A stretch of DNA of 64,000 nt, from assembly GCA_964016885.1 (NCBI GenBank), contig OZ024742.1:45384001-45448000 (forward strand), read 5' to 3'. Origin of the DNA: Eledone cirrhosa (lineage: Eukaryota). The notes below the pieces were generated by a model, which was given only the letters and a program-made list of their open reading frames with translations, made no database searches and had not been told where the DNA came from. Below, piece by piece: positions 48,456 to 59,203 of the stretch. Numbering within the stretch: the stretch's first letter is position 1; each line of letters opens with the position of its first letter. A program made the position numbers and the translations under genes.

Positions 48456-48618
48456 TTAAAGGCCGGCTGCTATCTGTCTGTTAATTTTTTCTATAAGAAG
48501 ATAATCCAGTCGACGTTGCCTGTATCGGACTACAGCATAAGAAAAGAGACCTGTTAGAGCTGTCAGACATTCAAAAAGCAAAAATCTTTTCTCTTCTTTC
48601 CATGTATTTGTTGGGCAA
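48456..48618 (-). CDS. JTB: JTB last coding exon (TM helix, basic tail, TAA)
   Basis: AG acceptor; CPTNTWKEEKRFLLFE...RQIAAGL*. Confidence 0.9.
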
Positions 48619-49669
48619 CTACAATATAAATAAATATATAAATTTGTTATTATAGAAAGTTATTGTTTTTTTTTAAAGACATACTTGACAAATATTTTAT
48701 CAGATTTTGATAGAATAATCCATCATCTTAACAGAATTTAAAAGGATAATTTATTATGTTAGCAGGATTAAATTGAAGAATTCCTGTTGTTTTATGAATA
48801 TAACACACACATATATATACATGTGTGTATATATATACACACAAGGGTAGGCTGAAAAGTTCATAGGATGACTATGAAGGAGTGATGCTATGAAATCTAA
48901 AAACATCCGGTCCATGCTATAAAATGGAGGTGATAGAAGTGGCATTTAGCCATTAAAAAGCATGCCAAAGTATGGGGTGGAGAGGGTCTCTAAGACAACC
49001 ATTCTAGTGCTGGTGGCACAAATAAAAGCACCCAGTCCATGCTGTAAAGTGGTGCTGATGATATGAAGGGCATCCACCCAGTATATTATTAATGCCAAAT
49101 TATGAGCACAAAATACAAATATCACAACAATAACTGCGTAAACTGTAATAACACTACCCATGTTATGGCTGTGCATGGTAGTGGGGTGGCTAGTGCGGCC
49201 ATGTGTGAGACCCCCCCCCCCCCCCCCGACCATCATCAAGTAATTGCACAACAACAATAATAACAATGATGATGATATATAGTGTTATAACACCATCATC
49301 ATTTTACATCTACTTTCTGTGCTGGCATGGGTTTGATAGTTGTAGATACCATCCTATACATGTTAGATGACATCTTGTTTCCATGTTTTATTTTTGGCAT
49401 GAGTGTATTAGGAGCATTTTATTATGGTACTAGCCCGAGAGATATTGTCAAGTATTCAAGCTACCCTATAATTATATAAATAAAGGGTTGGAGGGATCCT
49501 CAGTTGTGTCAAAGGCATGACAACCTCCCTGAGCATACATGAGACCATACATAAACACCCAAGTCCCTGGCCTGCCTAGGAGATTAGTAGCTCCACTTCG
49601 GTACTGACTATATGGACCTCTCCAACCCTTGCTAGCAGGGAAAACAGACATTTAAATGACAATGATGAT

Positions 49670-49719
<50 letters not shown>

Positions 49720-52700
49720 TTACTGAAAGGTCAGTAGCTCAGTTTAAGTACTGACTGGTCAGTGTTGATGGTAGTTACAGCTGGAACATCTTTGATCAGG
49801 TGTCCGCTGGATCAGCAGCTTATATCATAAACACAGTAGTTTACTTACTTCTTAAATAGATGTCGACCATTTGGACAACGTATTAATGTTTTATAACCTG
49901 TGTCTTGACAGTATCGTTTCTCTAATTGCTACAAACAGAATAGAATGAAAAATAATTAAAATGACAAATAGGAAAGGAGGCAAGCATACTTCACTGGATG
50001 TGAAATGTTAGTGTATATGACATGACAGAAAACATAAGTGAACTGAGAGAAAATCAGATTATAAGAGGAATTGAATGTGGCATGCAAGAAAGATGATTGC
50101 GCTGGTATGGTCATATGATGCCCAAGGAGAGTGAGAATCATATACAAAAAAAAAAGTGCTGAGAACTTGAAGTGGTTAGAACCTGTGGTAGAGAAAGACC
50201 AAGTTCAAGAAATTAAACCTCACAAAAGAGATGATATAAAGCTGAGTTGACTGGTGACATGCTATTATACAAAAGACCCATTCACCAATACACGCACTGC
50301 GACATTGAAAGTAAATGAGGTGAAAAACCAGAGGCTAAAGTGTCTGGCAATTAAACAGAGACAATTTAGAATTGGAGAGGACACTTTTGTCTAGATGAAC
50401 ATGCATGTGATAACCTCTCTAGTGTTGGTCCCATGATAAAATGCACCCTGTGCATTCTGTAAGAGTGCATGAGAAAAATGGGGCTGCTCTGACTTGTCTG
50501 ATCACAGACCATGACAACCTGTCCAACCTATGCCAACATGAAAAGCCATGTGTTTCTGGGTTCATTTTTAATGTGCAGTACCTCCATGAAATCATTTATT
50601 TGCTCTCTTTTCAATGTGCCCCTGCCTATTTTACTTTTAACCCTTTAGCATTTACATTACTCTATATTTACTATTGTATTTTCATGGTAAACACTTTATC
50701 TCACATAATATCGAATCTACGAGATTCTGATATTTATTTTGAGAACAATACCTTAACATAAGTATGAGTGGCCAGTTACAGCTGGTTTGAACAGAAAGAG
50801 GTGAACAAATTCTGGCCGGTTTAAATATTTCGTTTTTGGACTACAAACGATTCACGACATTTAAAGAGTATAAGTATAAAAAAAGAAATTTTAGAAAAAC
50901 TACTTTGAATACTCTTGAAATGGTCTGCATGAAAGAAATCATTAAAATATAATTTTACATAGTGCAAAAGTAATCTCAGCATTAAAAAACCCCCCACAAA
51001 AACTATCATATTCACTTTTCATTTATTTTATGGCATCAACATTTTCATCACACTCTCTGCAGCCTGGTCACTCTCTTCCCTGATGTAACTGTTTCATATT
51101 CAACACACGGTCTGAAATGAAGTCACTTACCAAACAAGTGAAACTCCAAAAGTGTTAACCAATTTTATTGAAAGGTACTAACTATATAATATTTATAGGA
51201 GTTATTTCCCTTGTATTATCAACATATCTCTGACAAACACTCACTCTCGGGTCCCAAATAATTGTTTCTACTTTTGGCACAAGGCCAGCAATTATCCCAG
51301 TACATTACTGATACTTTATTTTTTCGACCTCGTAACGATGATAGGCAAATTTAACCTCGACGGGATTAGAACTCAGACAGTAAAGGTACGTAGCTATGCT
51401 AGAAAGCATGGCGTCTGACCCTCTACCGATACTGCCAAATAATAGTTGGGGAAGAGCTATGATGTTAGAGTTAACAGTGCAAAATGGCTGAAATCCATTT
51501 TGGCTGGAACATAGAATGTTGGTGATACATGGTCCGATTCTATTCAGGATCCTCCTATTGTAAGTCTTTGCTGCAATTTGAATAAGACTGATGCCTATAT
51601 AGTTATGCAGATGGTAAAGTTACTTTTCTTGAGTAATATTCCCCATTCCTGATGCCTGTGACCTCCAAAGGTTTAAATGCAGAAATCTCTTAGAAAGTTG
51701 TGAGCTTTGGGTAGTTTCCATAGATCTATAATCAGGCCATCAAGCCCAAGAACTTTGCTTGGTTTCATTGTCTTTAGCACAATGTCCACTTCTACATGCT
51801 TACGTCTGGGTGGACTAAAATAATGTATCAATTGCTACGCCTGACTCACAAAGATGGTTAGCTGATAAGAGTTTGTGGAAGCGCTCCCCACAAGGCGATC
51901 TTCCTTTTGTATATATACACCACATCCTTCCTTTTCTTCTTACCAGAAAGTTCTTTTATCAATCTTCTTCACAACTTTTGCTTACCAAATTCGCTTACAA
52001 GGCAGTGGTTGACCTGCGGCTATAGAAAAGATTTGTTCAAGGTGCTATAAGTGAGATTAAACTCTAAATCTTGACATTGAAAAGCCAACTGCTTAACCAC
52101 ACAGCTATGCCTGTGCCTAGTATATTTGTTATTAATGTAAAATAACAATCATTAGGTAACATAAAGATATCACTGAAGTCAACAAATAAAATCCTTTTAC
52201 ACTCACCAATTCCAGTTTATTGCATTCTAAACATGATTCTATGACAGTTCCATAACCATTCACACATGTGGAAGTATTATCGGACTGGGCTGAAACAATC
52301 GAAACATAGATAATACAACAGCCTTTAGAATTCAAAATTTCAAAGCCACAACAAAGCGGAATGGATGGATAAACAAACAAGTTGGATGAAACAAGATGTG
52401 TTTTTACCTTAATTTATTTATATGTCCTGATATTTTGAGATTAAAATCTCTTCTTCCAAGGAAAATAAAAGGGACTAATCCAGTGTCCAAAGTGGTATGC
52501 TATACCATACTGAATTTATTCTTCACAGCATAAATATAAGATATTATATCAAGGAGATTCTGGATTAGCGATAGCGTTTGTTCTTATCACTGTACACACC
52601 CACCCTCTACTTTATGAGGACACCTACACCAGTCATAGCTCCTTTAATATCCGTTATCATCACTGTACACCCCTACTCATTAGTCATATAATGTTGGAGA

Positions 52701-55067
52701 GAGAGAATGAATTGATTCCTTAAAGAGGAATTGCATAATAGAAACTGTTTGAAAAACAGTATGGAACACAGCTAAGAATAATTTTGAAATATCTACTAAT
52801 ATAATAGCCTTGTGTATTTATCTGTCACACAATAGAGATGACTGAGGAAGGCAGGGGTGGGGGTGAGAAACTATAGAAGTCCCGCGTTCTAAGATTCATC
52901 ATAGCTGTGTTTGTATGTTTGTATCACTTGTGTGAGTGAGCACAAAAGAAACAACCAACAAACAAACATCTCTTTTTTATATTATGTATAGATATTACAA
53001 TTAGCGATCATTTTTTATGGCACGGAGCCAGCTAGTATATATCTAGAATAAGGACAGGCTGGAAGAAGTTTAGGGAGCTGCTCCCTCTGTTGACAAAGAA
53101 GGGTTTCTCCCTGCGTACGAAAGGACGGTTATATGATGCCTGTGTGAGATGCGCAATGCTGCATGGTAGTGAGATATGGGCAGCAACTGTAGAAGATATG
53201 CGACGGCTGGAGAGAAATGAAGCATGTATGCTCCGTTGGATGTGCAATGTCAATGTGCGTGAACGACCAAGCATAGACGAGTTGAGAAAGAAACTGGGTA
53301 TAAGAGGGATAAGTTGTGGTGTGCAGGAGAGAAGGCTGAGATGGTATGGACATATGATGAGCATGGAGGATGACCAATGGGTGAAGAAATGCCAGGAAGT
53401 CCCAGTGGAGGAAGACGCAGTAGAGGTAGACCACAAAAAACATGGGTGGAGGTGGTGAGAGCAGACCTCAGATCGCTGAAACTCACAGAGGAGATGACGA
53501 AGGACCGTGACGGGTGGAGAGATGCTGTGCTGAATAGGACCCGTCCAACCCTTGCAAGCAGGGAAAAGCGGACGTAAAATGATGATGATGATGATGATAT
53601 AGATCAAGTTAACAACTTACCAATAGCATTTAATTCTGTTTCCTTATTGATCATATGGTGAGATGACCATTTACTTTCAACTACTACAGTGATAACTGAT
53701 GCGCTGAAATACAAAAGGAAAATAAACAAACAAATTAATAAACAATAATAATTATAAAATGATGTAGTGAGACATCTTTATCAAACTCTATAAGAGTGTA
53801 TGGAAAGATGGGAAAAAAAATCGCAACAAGGTATTAAAAATAGAACAGTTTTAAATATGGCATTGAACTGATGACCTAACTGGATGGTAAGAAATCATAG
53901 GTGCTTGCTGTCAACAGGTACAGAGAGATTACTTGAGGTTCCCACTAGTAATGTGTACTCTTCCTGGGATCAACAAAAGTAGTGTTATGGGTCAACAAAG
54001 TAAGTTCAAAATTTCAAGAGGGTGCATGATCATTGTTTTTACGTCCATTTTTCCATGCTTGCATGGGTTAGACAGGTCCTTCTCAGCACAGCATCTCTCC
54101 ACTCACTGCATTTCTTCATCATCATCTCTGTGAGTTTCAGTGATTTGAAGTTAGCTCTCACCACCTCTGCCCAGGTCTTTCTTGGTTTACCTCTACTGTG
54201 GCTTCCTTCCACGGGTATTTCGTGGCACTTTTTCACTCAGTGATCATTATCTATGCACATCACATGTCTAATGCCATGGAAACCGGGATAAGCACTGGCC
54301 TCGTGAGCCTCAGGGCTTGAGACAGACTTTCGACTATTTTTTTAGACACAAAAAGGCTGTTAAAAATATACTTTCAAATTTGTTTCCAAATCTAGAGAAA
54401 TAATCTAATAATTTTAGACAATTTTTAGAACTTGATCTACACTTAAAATTCCCAGCCACTGAACTTGAAATTTAGAACATAGTATCATCTATCTCATTAA
54501 ACAAATAAGTTTTTTGTTTGATCCTGCCACTTGACTGAATATTCAGTAGGGAGATAAAACTGCGAAAACAAGATATAAAGTTTTGTACCGGTAGTGTTGT
54601 GAGTGGAGATGGGGGAATCATGATGAATTTGTGTATAAAAGTTTGCAAAGGAAAATAATTAATTTATTCTAATTTGTGAACTTTTTACCAATGCAAATTA
54701 TTACTAGTTAACTGATTTTAAAGAGATATTGAAGTGAATGTTCTCACTTTAGGAGATTTGCTAAACAACAGCTAATAGCTGAGGGAGTTCACTAGGATAG
54801 AAATTACAAGTGTGCTTGCCAATAAGGGAGCTCTTATGCAGTTACATGACCAGCTAGGAATAGCAGTCAAATCTATCTTAAATCATACCTTAACAGAAAG
54901 ATAACAAAGCCTGGAGATACACTATATCTGAAAAGATAGTATAATCACAGCTGGAATTCCTTTCATTGTACATCTACACAACCAGGGGCCAAATTATAAA
55001 AAAGTACTTACCTAATTAGTATAATGATAGCAATGGCCATCCGTTTCTTAGTACAGAGTTCAATCAT
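48456..55067 (-). CDS. JTB: Protein JTB (jumping translocation breakpoint) homolog, 5 coding exons, 154 aa
   Basis: Exons 55012-55067, 53621-53703, 52207-52289, 49849-49928 and 48456-48618 splice in frame. Product: MIELCTKKRMAIAIIILISASVITVVVESKW..., a Cys-rich domain (CLEC..YCQDTGYK..IRC..NCP), a TM helix and the tail RYRQRRLDYLLIEKINRQIAAGL*, which is the JTB family architecture. Confidence 0.88.
49849..49928 (-). CDS. JTB: JTB coding exon 4
   Basis: AG/GT; YCQDTGYKTLIRC. Confidence 0.88.
49970..50285 (+). mobile_element. Old RTE 3' fragment
   Basis: Degenerate RTE C-terminal homology (..TGCGCTGGTATGGTCATATGATG..). Confidence 0.65.
50637..50825. mobile_element. piggyBac-like MITE
   Basis: Begins TTAACCCTTTAGCATT; internal sequence matches the 121 and 55388 copies. 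Confidence 0.65.
51262..51440 (-). mobile_element. Meta-domain SINE
   Basis: Close to the 57357 copy. Confidence 0.82.
52207..52289 (-). CDS. JTB: JTB coding exon 3
   Basis: Within ORF 52132..52380; AG/GT; ESCLECNKLEL. Confidence 0.87.
53042..53597 (+). mobile_element. RTE 3' fragment (short-UTR family)
   Basis: ORF 53090..53458; (GAT)n tail. Confidence 0.9.
53621..53703 (-). CDS. JTB: JTB coding exon 2
   Basis: AG/GT boundaries, in phase (ASVITVVVESKWSS...). Confidence 0.85.
54028..54268 (-). mobile_element. RTE 3' fragment (short-UTR family)
   Basis: ORF 54039..54236 RGKPRKTW. Confidence 0.85.
55012..55067 (-). CDS. JTB: JTB first coding exon (acceptor at 55095, so a non-coding exon lies further upstream)
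   Basis: TTTTCAG acceptor, ATG at 55067, GTAAGT donor. Confidence 0.85.
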
Positions 55068-55387
55068 TTTGATCTGTGATAAATATATTCATCGGCTGAA
55101 AATAATTGGTTTTCTAGGTTGAGAAATAAAGAGAGAAAATGATTGAACTAAAATTTAGTTTTTTGAATTTGTGAGTCTTTTAAAGGAGTTCAGGAATACA
55201 ATGTACTGAGAGAAAAATATCTACAATATCCTGTATCATTTAGTTATGAATTTTACATTCTTAGTTAAAAAACCCAGTGTAGTCACCTTTGCTTTTCATC
55301 CTTCCATTTTGATAAAATAAGTAACTGTTAAGTATTGGCTGTTTGATTCAATCAACCACATCCATATCTAAAATGTGTGATGCTACA

Positions 55388-55584
55388 TTAACTCTTTGAC
55401 ATTTACAATACTCTTTATTTACTATTGTATTTTCATGGTAAACACTTTATCTCACATAATATCGAATCTATGAGATTTTGATATTATTTATTTTGAGAAC
55501 AATACCTTAACAACAGCTGGGTTGAACAGAAAGAGGTGAAAGAATTCTGGTCAGATATGGCCATTTTAAATGCTAAAGGGTTAA
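55388..55584. mobile_element. piggyBac-like MITE with TTAA at both ends
   Basis: TTAACTCTTTGACATTT ... AAATGCTAAAGGGTTAA. Confidence 0.72.
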
Positions 55585-55794
55585 ACCCAGAGATTAATAT
55601 TCAGAAAATAATTGTAACTCCTCTTTAAAATACAATCTTTTTTAATACTAATTGACCCAAAATTGCTCCAATTCTATGATGACAGTGTTCTTGTTTTAAA
55701 GTGCATCATCTTTTCCATTGTAACTTTAGATTATATTGCTACGTCAGTCATTGGGTATGACACTATCATGTATTTTTACCAAAAAACAATTCTT

Positions 55795-56620
55795 AGACGA
55801 TGAACAGGATTGACATGCACAGCCAAGTTGGAAATGGTATCAAGATTGGTGGTTGTAGGATCCGTCAGCTGGAATTTGCAAACATGGTACTACTTAACTT
55901 GGAAGGTGATTTCCAACATGCACTTAATAGGTTTACTGCTGAGTGTTGCACAACAGAAATGAAAATCAATGCTGTGAAGACTGAGACACTTGTCCTTTCA
56001 AGGAAGGTTGTGCAGTGCACTCAATGTGAGTGAAATTCCACTGAAGCAGGTGTAGAAGTATCTTGGGGGGCCATTTTTGAGTGATGGAAAGTAGGAGGCT
56101 GAATTAAGTAGAATAATGCACCATATTCAGCATTTGGTCATCAGAAGGTGTAAAAGTCAAACTTGCTATTTTTAATATGGTATTCATGCTAACCCTTATC
56201 TATGGTCATGAATCTTGGGTAATGACCGAATGAATACAATTGCGAATACAAGCGGCCAAAATGGGGTTCCTCCAAAGAGACTTTGGAGTAACGTTGTTCG
56301 ATAGAATGTAACTTGGAGATCAAGAAGTCACTCCAGGGAGAACCACTAGTTCTCTGAATTGAGAGATCACAACTCTGATACTACAGGCATGTGGTCAGAA
56401 TGTCTAACGAAATAATCACTGGACAGATTTTATGGGCAAAACCAACCAAGAGACTCAGGGATAGATCCTGAGCAAGATGGTTGGATAACACCCATGAGCT
56501 TGGCTAGACACACTTCGGGATTTAGCTGGATCAATTGGAGACAGTTGCTTCTGACAGAGCCAGCTAGGTGTGCTTGAGGACTCTGCCCCTCCCAGAAATA
56601 AGTCGGTAAAGAAGATAACT
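55795..56620 (+). mobile_element. Degraded RTE 3' half (family without PHD)
   Basis: LQHAL..F..EC...MKIN..KTE-like; YGHESWVMT; related to 45305-45580. Confidence 0.75.
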
Positions 56621-56814
56621 AAGGAAAGAATTATTTGAAATTGAAATGTTGTGTGTGTGTATTAAAATAAATAAGTGTTTTTGATTTTCTCTGTAGACAC
56701 GAGGCAACCTTAGCTCACTGCTTATTTCTGAAAGTGACTAATACGATAGATTGTTAATACATGATGTATTATTATGGTTGATGAACCCAGTTGGTGCTTG
56801 TATAGACTTTTTTT

Positions 56815-59200
56815 TCCGTTAAATAACAATTGCTTAGCTAAAAATATAGTATATAATTGTAATGTAAAAACTAATTTAAATTCATTTAATTATGTAGGAT
56901 CTACTTCCACAGATTTTAAATCCTGTTTCAATAACCATAAAAACTCTTTTACACATCTAAACAAAAAATCTTCAACCTCTCTATCTAGTTCATTATGGGA
57001 CCTCAAATTAAAGAACGTTAAATATTCGTTGCTTTGGAATATTATTTCAAAAGCTACTCCTTTTAACTCCTCTTCAGGAAATTGTGATCTTTGTATAGAG
57101 GAAATATTCTTTATATTAAAGACCAAAAATTCCCTGAACCTAAGGAACAATTTATTCAGTTGCTGTAGACATAGATTGAACTCAACGTTTAAATATAAAT
57201 TTAAAATGTAATATATAATTAATTAATTCTATTAATATATTGAACCTATCGATAAATCATTAGATTCCTTCATTTGACTGCTTAAGCTCTCAAGTTAAAA
57301 AATTTTTTTTTCATAAATATAAATAAAAATAAAAAATTCTTCTAGAGAAACATACTTGTTTCTACTTTAGGCACAAGGCCAGCAATTACCCAGTGCATTA
57401 CTGGTACTTTATTTTATCGACCCCGTAAGGATGAAAGGCAAAGTCAACCTCGGCGGGATTTGAACTCAGATCGTAAAGGGACGTAACTATGCTTGAAAGC
57501 ATGGCGTCCGACCCTCTACCGATACTGCCAATCCACAAGGGGAAAATATTTTATTTGAAAGTTTCTCCTACTTTTGAAAGTTTCTCTTTCTTTTTCTTAT
57601 GGCTATAAAATTAAGTTAAACATACTGAGAACTAAATATTATATAGAAACTTTAAATTTTTATACTGAATCTATTAAACATATTCTTATTTTAAAATTAT
57701 AACTTGAGATATTCTATAATATTTAAAAAAAAATTTTTTAAATTATAGTGATTTAAAAAAAAATTATATTGATTTAAAGTTATATTGCTTATAATTATAT
57801 TTCCAAATCGTAATATAATTCATTTTTATTTTTTATTTTAATTTATTTTATTTTATTTTATATTATATATATTATGTACTTCAATTATACTATGTACTGT
57901 ATTTATAAATCTCTCTCTCTAAATGTATGTGTGTATATATATATATGTATGTATATATATATGTGTGTATGTATGTATATATATACGTGTGATGCATATC
58001 TACCTGTATGTGTAAGTATGTATATGTGTATCTATGTGGGGATTGTGTGTATATATATATATGCATACAATTCGAATGCACTTGTTTATAAGGATTTTCT
58101 TAAGGTTCGTGATAAACAAACTTATATAATAACAGTCACAACTACATAACAGGTGGATTTATTAGATATAAAACTTATATTAAAATAAATTTGTATAATA
58201 ACATAAGATTTGCATAACCTAAAATTTCCTTTACTATCTTAACATTTGTAACATTTAATATAAGTAAATAACTTAATTTCCTTCACGCTGTTTTGATATT
58301 ACATAGAAATGATTTTCTCGGTTTTTTCTGAGATTTTCTCCGAAAAATCTATTAGTTTATGAAAATTCCTATATTGTATGTATCTATATGTAGGTGTATG
58401 TATATATATTTATATGTATATATATCTGTGTGTGCGTATGGATATATATGAATATATTCTTTTAATAATATATAGATTTTTTTATAATATACAGTCTTAA
58501 TAATATATAGATTTCTTAATAATATATAGATCTCAATTTTTTAATGTATAGATCTCATAATCTAATTGATAAACTAAACATTTAATCATATTTGAACAAT
58601 GGTTAAATTCTCCTATTATTTATGTTATTTTCCATTCACGCTTATTTAAACTTCTCTACTCATCCATTAAATATTTATTCTTTCACTTCATCTCAAAAGT
58701 TAAGCTAATACAACAACCTATCACTTAGAGCTTTCGCTTTCTCTTTTCTTTTTTCTTCTTTTTTTCCTTTTCTTAGAGTTTGCTCTTTTTTCTCTTTTTT
58801 TTCTATCTCTCTTTTTTGTTTCTCTCTCTCTCTTTCTCCATAATCCAACGGCTTATTTAAATCTACTCTGATTTAAAATTTCCGAAACTAATTTACATAA
58901 TAGTATAAATAAATTTATAACCCCACTATCCGGGAGCTTCCAACAGAAATGGTCGCATTCTTTAAGGGTATGTCAATATTTATTTATAAAACTGCTCTAT
59001 ATTATATTTTATCTGATGAAAGCACACCATAATTTAACTTAGTGTCCTTGAAATATGTATAATGAAATAAATATGGTTTTATAAATATAGTTTCCATTTG
59101 TTAATATATCATATTTTTACTCCAATAATTTGTTGAGTGCTTTATATCAGTTATAAAAATATTTGCTTGTTGTATCCCAACAATTTAAATAGAACTTCTA
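56815..59200 (+). mobile_element. Penelope-like element 3' remnant: GIY-YIG endonuclease plus AT-rich trailer (right end uncertain)
   Basis: ORF 56774..57211: C..KNIVY..NYVGST..FK..NNH..CDLCIEE..LNLR..CRH; decayed CTGATGA..GAAA motif at ~59013. Confidence 0.78.
57357..57537 (-). mobile_element. Young Meta-domain SINE
   Basis: Reverse strand A-box TGGCAGTATCGG, B-box GAGTTCAAATCC, Meta domain. Confidence 0.88.
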
Positions 59201-59203
59201 CAT

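Noticed and set aside
51124-51180. Extra JTB exon at a GTAAGT donor
   Set aside because: No good acceptor, and JTB is complete and in frame without it.
52841-52885. CTGAGGA...GAAACTATAG hammerhead candidate
   Set aside because: Helix II cannot pair and there is no NUH triplet.
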